Shown here: positions 29,176-37,998 of the stretch, in pieces | Numbering within the stretch: the stretch's first letter is position 1 | Layout of the letters: each line of letters opens with the position of its first letter | Origin: a virus | Lineage: Duplodnaviria; Caudoviricetes | Reading direction: 5' to 3' (one strand) | Virus record (IMG/VR): IMGVR_UViG_3300004369_000851 | Span: 1-54,755 of that record | Length of the DNA stretch: 54,755 bases | Position numbers and translations under genes: made by a program | The notes under the pieces: generated by a model | Database searches by the model: none | The model's input: only the letters and a program-made list of their open reading frames with translations | What the model was told of the DNA's origin: nothing

Positions 29176-31225
29176 TTGCTGCTCAGCCGCAGTAATTAGA
29201 CGCCGAACGCTTCTCTCTGGGGCCACGGGCGAACCCGATGGCATATTTGAAAAGTCACTTAAATCCGTGTCCGCAAAACAACGCTCAATCGAATTTAAAT
29301 GTGAGTTAGCAAAAAGAATCATCAACAATCCCGAAAAATTTGAATTTGATATTGACGAACAAGAAGAAGTTCAATTCAAGGTAGGCACCATTACGTCGCC
29401 TGCCCCAGGTATGCAATATATTCAAGGCCTTGGTTCTTCTGTTGTTCCGGGAAACCTAACAAGATATAGACGACCAGTCAGATCAGCAACGTGGTCTGCT
29501 TTAACCCCAGGTGGCTCAAACCGTGGAATTCTTGGGCGACTCGGCGCCAGCGCATACGGAGCCGTAAAACCCGAGCGTGGATTTAGGTGTCAAGAAGGAT
29601 TCCAATTTGGCGGACAATTCACCAATGAACAATACTCAACATGCGGAAAACAAATTTTTTCACTTCCAGCAATGTTGCTAGGGAGGGCATTTCGGGGATC
29701 TTTTTCTAAGCCAGGGGGATCAGCCCGATATCAATCTCTTGCTTATGGTTCTTACAGTCAGCAGATGTACGAACCATCGACATCGATTTCAAAAAGATCA
29801 CCGGATATTCCGAAGGTTGGTTTGTCAAAATTAAGCGTAAGAAGTGATGCCGAAAAAGCCGTTTACGATTCGTTTGACGGCGTGGATCAAGCGACTGCAC
29901 GCCTTGTAAGAAAAGATGGTTTCGTACTTGAACCAGTTGTTTCACCAGCGGTTTTGAGAACCGTTCCAGACAATAGAAATATGGAAAATGCAACATATAT
30001 TATGAGCGTGTTTTCGCCTAAAGAAATTGGTAACGACGAATTGGGTCTTTTGTCAAATAGCGGAGTGGACAAAATTGCGTATGTTTTCCCCAATGGAGGG
30101 TTTGTTGAACTGAAAAAAAATAGAAAATTGACTGTTGGTGAGAGACGAAAATTAGGCAAAACAGTATCCACTGCTCAAAAAATTTCAATAGCAAAAGATC
30201 CAACCGTGAGATTAAAGTTTGTTTCGTCCGAAATGGGAGACGGCATCGGATATGTTGAAAATTTGAAAGTAAAAAATCCAAATGACTTAATTTCTGTTGG
30301 TCAAAAAAATAGATCTAAAAAACTTGTCAGAAGATGGTATTACGAGGTTTTCGCAAAAAACAACAAACCAGCAAAAATTAAAAAAGAAACTTCAAATACG
30401 TCTAAAGAAAAATCAGTAGCCATAACCACCCTTGCTGGCGCAATAAGGCATCTAAATAAAGGTGGGGACATATCAAACGTTGCTCCATCTATGAGATTTT
30501 TAGCCCTAAAAAGAAGTGCGCTTTATAAGCAAAGAAAATTTGGTAGCGGAGCCAATCTATTTGAAAGAGGCGATGGACTCACTCTGTTTGAGATTAAGCC
30601 AAAAAACGATTTTGAACACATCTATGCAGGCATCACCGCCGAACTACAACAATCGCTTGGTGTGGCTGCCCCAGAAGTTTACTCACTTGGGGCAGGACGG
30701 CAATCATCATATTTGATCACTCAGGCGCAAGATTCCTTTGGTAAAGGATCAATCAATCGCAATTCATTTGAATCTCTTCCTATGGAGGACATGCTCGCAA
30801 TCACGGTTTCGGATTGGCTTATGGACACCAAATTACGCGACCCGTCAAATGTTCAGCCAGTAAAGATATCTGGAGCGGTGCGGGCCGTACCAGGATCAAA
30901 TCCTGGCGCATCCTCATCAAAGAACAGAACATCAGTAAGTATGCCAGATTTTTTCAAACGAGATCTAAGGGATCAGTGGAAAAACTATTTTGAAAAACTT
31001 CAAAATAATCAAAAGCGAAAAGTACTTGAACTTTTGACAGCCCTGCTTGAACGCGCATCAAGCGTCTCACCGAAGGAAATTGCCGCCCGTTTGAATATTG
31101 ACAACACACTCTCATCAGCGGAAAAAAAACAAATAGATATTTACGACAACCTTTATACAGCAAGGCTTGGTGCGTTGCGTAATTCACGCAAACTATTCAG
31201 TAAAATAATTGGCGCAACTGAATGA
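29147..31225 (+). CDS. Multidomain head-module protein with Cys tag and degenerate HipA/PI3K-like kinase fold
   Basis: RCQEGFQFGGQFTNEQYSTC; LGVAAPEV...SDWLMDTKLRDPSNV resembles D(W/Y)LxxNxDRHxxN with the catalytic residues altered. Confidence 0.55.
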   Translation: MKTVNFLEADCCSAAVIRRRTLLSGATGEPDGIFEKSLKSVSAKQRSIEFKCELAKRIINNPEKFEFDIDEQEEVQFKVGTITSPAPGMQYIQGLGSSVVPGNLTRYRRPVRSATWSALTPGGSNRGILGRLGASAYGAVKPERGFRCQEGFQFGGQFTNEQYSTCGKQIFSLPAMLLGRAFRGSFSKPGGSARYQSLAYGSYSQQMYEPSTSISKRSPDIPKVGLSKLSVRSDAEKAVYDSFDGVDQATARLVRKDGFVLEPVVSPAVLRTVPDNRNMENATYIMSVFSPKEIGNDELGLLSNSGVDKIAYVFPNGGFVELKKNRKLTVGERRKLGKTVSTAQKISIAKDPTVRLKFVSSEMGDGIGYVENLKVKNPNDLISVGQKNRSKKLVRRWYYEVFAKNNKPAKIKKETSNTSKEKSVAITTLAGAIRHLNKGGDISNVAPSMRFLALKRSALYKQRKFGSGANLFERGDGLTLFEIKPKNDFEHIYAGITAELQQSLGVAAPEVYSLGAGRQSSYLITQAQDSFGKGSINRNSFESLPMEDMLAITVSDWLMDTKLRDPSNVQPVKISGAVRAVPGSNPGASSSKNRTSVSMPDFFKRDLRDQWKNYFEKLQNNQKRKVLELLTALLERASSVSPKEIAARLNIDNTLSSAEKKQIDIYDNLYTARLGALRNSRKLFSKIIGATE

Positions 31226-34200
31226 GCAGTCTTCTTGTTGTTCGCGAACGCGACACTTTAAAGCCTTTTGCGGCTGTTGTTTCATCCCCTTCTGGTTCCA
31301 CTGCACTTGGGGCGAATCAACACGGCAAAGCCTGGGCCGATTGGGTCAATGCTCAATCGGTTTCTGTTTCCGAAATATCAAAAATGCTTGACTTTACATT
31401 GACGGCAGAAATTAAACCGTTCAACAAGGTAGAAATAGAAAAACTTACATCAAGTTTCTCGAGGGAAGATATTGGTCAATTTAGGTCTTTATTGCTGAAT
31501 AAAAAGTCGTTAGTTATAGTTAACCAACCACAAATACAGTTTATTGAAACCCATAAACCAATAACTTTTAATTTAATAAAATCGTCAAATTTAGTTCCTG
31601 ACGAAAACGCTTTCAGCGATGACGATCCAGATGAATCCGAAGATGTAAATCAATGGCCAATCACGGATATCGCAATAGCCGCTATTGATGTTCAGTATAA
31701 AAATGTTGCCATTGACTACAAAGCAGCAGCTTTTCATCTTGACAGAAAAGTAGGAAAGTTACTTCTTGAGGTCAAAGGAGCCAGAGCAATTTGGGATCCA
31801 GATGTGGCTGACGGTCGGGGTTCTTGGCGGTGCCCACCCGAAACGACCGCAGCTGGACAGTTCACAAACAGAATTGGGGCTGGGTGTAGTTGGGGGTTAA
31901 TACGACGAATAGGTCGGGGAATTTTGGCAGCGGGACAAGGTATCCCTAAGTTAGAAAAACTCGGAGCAGGACTTGGCGCCGCTGGTGAAGCAAATCAAAA
32001 AAGAAAACTAGAAAAACAAAAAAATAGATTGGTACGACGAATTGATCGAACACCCGCAGCACCAAGACCACCGTTAAAAGGACCAACAACAACCGCACCA
32101 GCAACAGTCTCGGCGGTAGCACCGAAAACACCACGGGTTCCAGTGAAACGAAGAGTGGCTTCCAGAATGATGAGGCCGCTAAGAGAAATGACTGAGGCTG
32201 CGGAAACAGCAGAGAGGATGGGTTCATTCTACTCAAGGAGTCGCCGTCGTAGAAAACTAGAAGAGGCAGGAGTTTTGCCTGGACCAACCGTGGGCAGCGA
32301 TGTTCTGAGATCCTTTGGGGTTGATGATCAGTTTAGTGGCGGTAATGACGTCGTTGATGCCAGATTGGCTGGTTTGACTGGAACCTCACGCAGAAAATTT
32401 AGAAGGGTAAAAAAACTTCTAGTTGATAAGCAAAAAATGCGCAAAGAAGTTGAAAGACATTTGAGTTATCCACTGGACATAATCGCTATGGATTTGGCTA
32501 TTCCCCTCAAGAGACATGATGGGAATATTGATGGCCCAGTTGTCATAATGAACAAAGAAAACTATAGGCCAATTATGGCATTCGTTGATGGCGGAATTGA
32601 TTTGTTTGACGAAGACGGAAAACATACAATCACCATACGCAACAAACCTGGTGTGAGTATGTTTGAAACACGCGATAAGCCGGACGATGGAAACTGGGAC
32701 GATGCCATCACTCCTTATGGTCTCTTTGGGATTATGTTTCAAGCAGGTCTTAATGGTGAGTTTTCAAGGGCATGGTTTGCAAATTCACCAATTGCCCCTA
32801 GCAATATGCCGGATAGTCCAACTCCAGATTTAAATGCTCCCCCAGGTGTCAACCCAAGGCGAGTGAACAGTGCGGCGTGGCCGTTTGGAAAACCCCGTCG
32901 GCTAAATACTGACGGATCGGTTGATGACAGACTAGGTTCGCTACAGAATACTGAAGATCGTGCTGGTGACATGGCGCAAATGATTGTCAACGCAAGATCA
33001 ACATTGGATGTATCCGAAAAACGCGTTACAACAAATTCTGATATCAAAAAACTAATTGACAATAAGGTCAAAGAGGCAGAAATACAAAGGTTATCTGGCA
33101 TAGAGCAGGTAGCTATTCTTAATGGTAAATCTCCGACTCATTCCAATACTTATTCACAAATAGTTGCGGTTGGCGATCCAGCAAACGGAATTGAAGCCGA
33201 AGAAACATGGGCGAGAGCAATACCAGGCAGTGGAGCAACCGATTTGATTTTACTTAGGGTTACTACTGATAAAAAAGCAAAAAGTCAATTTTCTTGGGGA
33301 AGTGCATCTGGTGGTTTATCTCAACCGCTTTTTTCAACAATTGAATATTTTGATAGAAACGGAAAAGTTATTGGGTCTCGAAATAAAATGGGCGTGTGGG
33401 AACTTGATCCAATCAGAAAGTTGCGAGGTACGGCTCCGATAGATTCTCCTTTGGCCGACAGAGATGGATCTGCGGGGGGACTATTCACGCGACGAAGCGA
33501 ACGACGAAGCGAACGACAAAGCGAACGAAAGATAAGAAGAAATATCGCAGGCGGTGGAAAAAGAGTGCGCGCAGAATCAAGACGTGAGCAATTCGCAAAA
33601 TATCTTGCGCGACGGGCAAGCAGGATTGAGGGTCAGCCAATTGATCCAGACGATATGCCAGAATTCCTATGGACTGATCCAGCAGGAACTACGCAACGAC
33701 CACCTCGAGTTATTCCTAGCTCCACAAGAACACCTACTCCAAACCCTCAAGCGCCACCAGGTTCAAGTCCAACACCTGGTGTTGGTGTGCCCGACAATAG
33801 ACCAGATTTGTCTTTATTTCGGCGCGCTAGAGCACGTCGAATTCAACTTTCAAACACTGGAAAAACTGGAAAGTTTTACGCTCAAAGCGGACAAACAGCC
33901 GGCCCGTTTGCTCCAGCTTACCTCACTATGACGAGACCAGAACAGGTTGCCCTGAATGCAGCGGCTCTTGAAGCCTTGGAAGATCTTGATTCAAGATGGA
34001 GAAGAAGGCTTGGGGTTGCCCCAACAGATTTAGCACCACTGGATGAAGACGTGATGTTGGCGTTTATTAAAAAAGTAGAGCAAGGCGATGCAACAACACC
34101 TGCGGACCCAAGACGCGCAGGAATATATAAAACACACCTTCACAACTTTCTTACCCTTTCGGAGATGGAGCGAAATCAAAGTTCTCTGGGTGCTTTTGAC

Positions 34201-37200
34201 AACCTAAATGACGTAAAGCCATCAAAGAGAGTTCAAATTCTTGTAAATGCTGGGCTTCTTCCTGCGGGAACAACTCCTGGTAAATCTCCTTCAAGGAAAA
34301 AACCAAAGAAGCAACCACCACAGCCACCAGGCGGTGGAACTCCAGCCCCAGTTACACCGACCCCAACACCATCGCCGACCCCTGCGCCAGCTGCTCCTGC
34401 GCCAACGCCAACCCCTACGCCAACTCCTACGCCAACCCCGACTCCGACTCCAGTTACCCCGACTCCGACTCCAGTTACCCCGACTCCAACTCCAGTTACC
34501 CCGACTCCAACGCCGCCGCCAGTTACTCCGACAAATATTGTTCCAGTTGCGCCAACACCAGCAAATACACCAACCCCAATTCCGTCAACGCTTCCACAGG
34601 CGCCAAATATTGTAACCCCGACCCCAACTCGACCACCTGTTCCGGCGGGGACGAATCAACGTGGGGTTGGACCAGTTGGGTTTTCCTTACAGCAACCCGC
34701 AGCAGTGGCGCAGCTGATCATTGACTCTAGGGGGCAACCTATTGCTTCGCCGTTGCCAATGTCCGCAAGGGTGCAAATTGCAGCAAACATTCAGGGTAGT
34801 GGGCCTGCTCTGGATTTGAGCGCCATAGTTGATCCAGCAAACATTCCCGCATATGACTCAAATAGTTTAGATCAATTTGATTCCGTGAGCGGTGTTTTGG
34901 TTAACAAAGCGACAGGTTATGCGGTTGAGGATTATTCACAAGTCAATATTCAGACAGATAACTCCGTGGCCGAAACCGCCGCACAAAGTTCCAATCCATA
35001 CCCCCCTTATGTCAAACAAGTAACCACCTATCCAGGGGTAAATTATGACTGGACAAAACCTTCGCAAGTTAAGCAGCGCACATATTTAATTCCTGGTGTT
35101 CATCCCAACTCAGTGGCAAATTTTACCGCTGGAGCAGAAATTCTTCGTGGCGACCTTGTAACTCAGGGCAAGGCTGGCGACCGCGCAGATGCAGACCATC
35201 TACGGTGGGGAAGAGAATGGGTTTATGTTAGGCATCTTGATGCAAACGGCCAGCCAGAAAAAAGAGCTGTCTTAATGGCACGACAAAGATTTGACTGGCG
35301 GGGCACTCCCTATGAAGAAAATTTTACTCAGCTGGATGAAATGGGATTAGTGGAAGATCCCGCCAACGAGGGCTCTAGTGTTCCAGTTTACGGTTACTAC
35401 GATTATAAAGACGCACACATGCTCGATAATGACCCCACGATGATGGCGGAAGAAGACGAACTTGACGCGTCTGGCAACAAGACTGGTCGCAAGGTTCCAT
35501 CACCGGGAAATCCAAAACCAGTTACTAACACTAATCATAGGTATGCAACCCGGTTTTCGGCAAGAGCAGACGGTCAGTTAAAGATAGCTTCGAATCAAAT
35601 CAGAACAAAATCAGGAAATTTGAATGGTAGAGGTAGGACTAAGACAAATAGCTGGTACAGCAGTGAGGAAACGGCTTCACCCAAAGTATTTTTGACCGCA
35701 GTGAATACGGCTCTTCGATCAGACTCACCTGATGACTGGGAAAAAGTTTGGAAACTAGGTGCGGACAGAATTGCCTACTTCCAAGAACGACGAGATGCAG
35801 GTTTGGTCTCATGGCGCAAGTCAAACGATTTCTCCGGATCAAGGGCATCAGAGCAGAACTCGATGAAATCAATTCAGGAAATAGTATTTTCTGGTGAGCA
35901 AATGGAAATGACTCATCAGATTTTAGAGCAACACATAACACCTGAAATTTTTGACAAGATTCGAGAAGCCGAAAGAGAAAAACGTGCATATAATGCTAAA
36001 AACAGAAACAGAAGACGTGCGCTTCAGGAATTGCTTAGAAGCGGTGCCTACAAGAGAAGAAATAAACCAATAGCGAGTGGATTGACCCATGAAATAAGTC
36101 CAGATCGCGACGCTAGCGGAAAATTGATAAGAAAAAGAACTGCTCAAGAAATACTTGAAGCCGTTACAAGACATCAAGCAATTGGGCAACTTGATACAAC
36201 GGATTTAGATACAGGCGTACCAATGCCAGTAGTGCTGGACGATATAGATATTGACTATCTTGAATCCATAACTCTGGCCTACGAAACAGGTTCTTTCACA
36301 AGAAGGGGCTCGCTAACCGAGGAGACCTCATCTCACGCCCCCTATGCAGCTGCGTGGGAGGGAGCGGGGTTTAGTGAACCACCGGTAGTGATTGCCAAAG
36401 AGGAAATTGCAGATTTAGTTGCGGCGACAGAATTGGATGGCACACCATCCGTAATGCCAATTACTCGAGGTATTGAAAGCGATACCGAACAAGACAGATT
36501 AACACGAGTGAAGCAGTTTGCCGAGGGTGAAAGATTTATCGTTGGTGAAGGGGGAATGGCGTATGGAAATGGAGAGAATTTTTCGCTCAATCCAAAGTCA
36601 CTCGGCGGTTGGCACAGCGATTCGGGCGGATCAATCACGGGCTTCCTACCCAAAACGGCTTCGGTAGTTTTGGTGGATGACGCAAAGGAGGTTCAAGGGA
36701 TGGTTCATGAGGCCGTTTGGTCCCTTGATAAAGCAGTAAGAACTCCGCAGGATGAAGGGACAAGAGTTACATACCCTAACGGGAATACGAAACAAATTTT
36801 TGAAAGCACACACGGCTCCGTAACATCAACAGCAGCGGGCAGCATAGACCCCAATGACCAAATTGCTTTTGATCAAGAATTGGCTCTTATTAAGCTTCAG
36901 AATAGAGTAAAAGCGGGAGGCACCCTGCGTAGTCAAAAGCCAGCTACTCAAGCGAGAATTGAGGCCCTGCGAGACAAAATGATTGATATATGGGTTGCGC
37001 TAGAAAGATCTTACGACAGAAGCGTGCTAATGAGTGACCCAAAAAATATAAAGATTCGAAATGCTCAACGGACAATTATGCACGCCGACTACACCACGAT
37101 GGCTATTTTGCTTGGGTTTGACGCCATGGTTGCCGGCGGGAGAAGTGGTGTTGATTCCGACAAAGGTAATAACACCAAAGAAATCTTAGAAGCAACAATT

Positions 37201-37383
37201 AAAATCCACGGCAGAGACACACGAGGAAATAGTGGAAGTGTTGGAAGCACTAATCATATTATGATTCTGAATAGATCCGCAATTATTGTCTCTAACGATC
37301 CTTGGCATGTTGATGACTATGTTGAAACAATAAATCAAGTGCTAGATGTTAACGGTCAACCAATATACGCTGTGAAAAGTTGA
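31222..37383 (+). CDS. Giant protein B with Cys tag, Pro/Thr linker and C-terminal ADP-ribosyltransferase-like domain
   Basis: 2053 aa ORF; RCPPETTAAGQFTNRIGAGC; PT repeats; ITRGI...GEGGMAYGNGENFS...LGFDAM...IMILNRSAIIV. Confidence 0.65.
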   Translation: MSSLLVVRERDTLKPFAAVVSSPSGSTALGANQHGKAWADWVNAQSVSVSEISKMLDFTLTAEIKPFNKVEIEKLTSSFSREDIGQFRSLLLNKKSLVIVNQPQIQFIETHKPITFNLIKSSNLVPDENAFSDDDPDESEDVNQWPITDIAIAAIDVQYKNVAIDYKAAAFHLDRKVGKLLLEVKGARAIWDPDVADGRGSWRCPPETTAAGQFTNRIGAGCSWGLIRRIGRGILAAGQGIPKLEKLGAGLGAAGEANQKRKLEKQKNRLVRRIDRTPAAPRPPLKGPTTTAPATVSAVAPKTPRVPVKRRVASRMMRPLREMTEAAETAERMGSFYSRSRRRRKLEEAGVLPGPTVGSDVLRSFGVDDQFSGGNDVVDARLAGLTGTSRRKFRRVKKLLVDKQKMRKEVERHLSYPLDIIAMDLAIPLKRHDGNIDGPVVIMNKENYRPIMAFVDGGIDLFDEDGKHTITIRNKPGVSMFETRDKPDDGNWDDAITPYGLFGIMFQAGLNGEFSRAWFANSPIAPSNMPDSPTPDLNAPPGVNPRRVNSAAWPFGKPRRLNTDGSVDDRLGSLQNTEDRAGDMAQMIVNARSTLDVSEKRVTTNSDIKKLIDNKVKEAEIQRLSGIEQVAILNGKSPTHSNTYSQIVAVGDPANGIEAEETWARAIPGSGATDLILLRVTTDKKAKSQFSWGSASGGLSQPLFSTIEYFDRNGKVIGSRNKMGVWELDPIRKLRGTAPIDSPLADRDGSAGGLFTRRSERRSERQSERKIRRNIAGGGKRVRAESRREQFAKYLARRASRIEGQPIDPDDMPEFLWTDPAGTTQRPPRVIPSSTRTPTPNPQAPPGSSPTPGVGVPDNRPDLSLFRRARARRIQLSNTGKTGKFYAQSGQTAGPFAPAYLTMTRPEQVALNAAALEALEDLDSRWRRRLGVAPTDLAPLDEDVMLAFIKKVEQGDATTPADPRRAGIYKTHLHNFLTLSEMERNQSSLGAFDNLNDVKPSKRVQILVNAGLLPAGTTPGKSPSRKKPKKQPPQPPGGGTPAPVTPTPTPSPTPAPAAPAPTPTPTPTPTPTPTPTPVTPTPTPVTPTPTPVTPTPTPPPVTPTNIVPVAPTPANTPTPIPSTLPQAPNIVTPTPTRPPVPAGTNQRGVGPVGFSLQQPAAVAQLIIDSRGQPIASPLPMSARVQIAANIQGSGPALDLSAIVDPANIPAYDSNSLDQFDSVSGVLVNKATGYAVEDYSQVNIQTDNSVAETAAQSSNPYPPYVKQVTTYPGVNYDWTKPSQVKQRTYLIPGVHPNSVANFTAGAEILRGDLVTQGKAGDRADADHLRWGREWVYVRHLDANGQPEKRAVLMARQRFDWRGTPYEENFTQLDEMGLVEDPANEGSSVPVYGYYDYKDAHMLDNDPTMMAEEDELDASGNKTGRKVPSPGNPKPVTNTNHRYATRFSARADGQLKIASNQIRTKSGNLNGRGRTKTNSWYSSEETASPKVFLTAVNTALRSDSPDDWEKVWKLGADRIAYFQERRDAGLVSWRKSNDFSGSRASEQNSMKSIQEIVFSGEQMEMTHQILEQHITPEIFDKIREAEREKRAYNAKNRNRRRALQELLRSGAYKRRNKPIASGLTHEISPDRDASGKLIRKRTAQEILEAVTRHQAIGQLDTTDLDTGVPMPVVLDDIDIDYLESITLAYETGSFTRRGSLTEETSSHAPYAAAWEGAGFSEPPVVIAKEEIADLVAATELDGTPSVMPITRGIESDTEQDRLTRVKQFAEGERFIVGEGGMAYGNGENFSLNPKSLGGWHSDSGGSITGFLPKTASVVLVDDAKEVQGMVHEAVWSLDKAVRTPQDEGTRVTYPNGNTKQIFESTHGSVTSTAAGSIDPNDQIAFDQELALIKLQNRVKAGGTLRSQKPATQARIEALRDKMIDIWVALERSYDRSVLMSDPKNIKIRNAQRTIMHADYTTMAILLGFDAMVAGGRSGVDSDKGNNTKEILEATIKIHGRDTRGNSGSVGSTNHIMILNRSAIIVSNDPWHVDDYVETINQVLDVNGQPIYAVKS
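34340..34640 (+). repeat. Coding Pro/Thr-rich tandem repeat (PTPTPVT)n
   Basis: Near-identical 21-nt units ACTCCAGTTACCCCGACTCC[GA] at about 34447-34510 within a longer PT tract. Confidence 0.85.
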
Positions 37384-37790
37384 TAAAAACTATGAAAAAG
37401 AATCACATATACGAATCAAATCTTTCAAACGAAGACGGATATTTAGTTCAATCAGAAATCATTTCGCAAGCAAAGGCGATTGCAAACTTTCTCCTTTTTC
37501 CGCCATTTACATTTCTTAGCAATAAGAAAAAATCCAAACAAATCTACGATGACCTAATTGAGCAACGAGAAAGTCTTCTTCGTAGTATCGGAAACAAACA
37601 AATATCAATCAAAAAGATCTATCAGGATATTGTCAATGATCATAAAAAACTTTTTGACGATGCTTCGGCATGGATGAAAAAGTCCAACAATGACCATACT
37701 GTGGCAGCAGAACTCTTTAGAAAAAACAATCAAACACAAGAAAGACTGGTTGCGTCGGCTGCCGAAACCCCAGGTGGGTGGATTCCATGA
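37380..37790 (+). CDS. Hypothetical protein
   Basis: 136 aa ORF overlapping the stop of giant protein B; ATG 37392 is an alternative start. Confidence 0.6.
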   Translation: MIKTMKKNHIYESNLSNEDGYLVQSEIISQAKAIANFLLFPPFTFLSNKKKSKQIYDDLIEQRESLLRSIGNKQISIKKIYQDIVNDHKKLFDDASAWMKKSNNDHTVAAELFRKNNQTQERLVASAAETPGGWIP

Positions 37791-37945
37791 GCCGACCAAT
37801 CAAGAGAAAACTTAAGAAAAAACGAAGAATTACTGGCGAGAATCAAAAAAACAGAAAAATCTGGGAAAACCTAAGACAACGAGGGGTTCGGTCAATTGAC
37901 ACCCTTGGCGATGGAGGTCTGGTCAGTGGTGGGTCTAATGACTGA
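37787..37945 (+). CDS. Small basic hypothetical protein
   Basis: Manual translation, 52 aa, ATGA-coupled: MSRPIKRKLKKKRR...WENLRQRGVRSIDTLGDGGLVSGGSND. Confidence 0.5.
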   Translation: MSRPIKRKLKKKRRITGENQKNRKIWENLRQRGVRSIDTLGDGGLVSGGSND

Positions 37946-37998
37946 ATTAAGGATGTACTATTGTCTTACTACCCCAGTAACCACTGTGTGTTACTTTT

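Noticed and set aside
33489-34640. Short tandem repeats (CGACGAAGCGAA and the PT tract) as CRISPR or DGR elements
   Set aside because: In-frame low-complexity coding repeats with no spacers, and no reverse transcriptase in the window.
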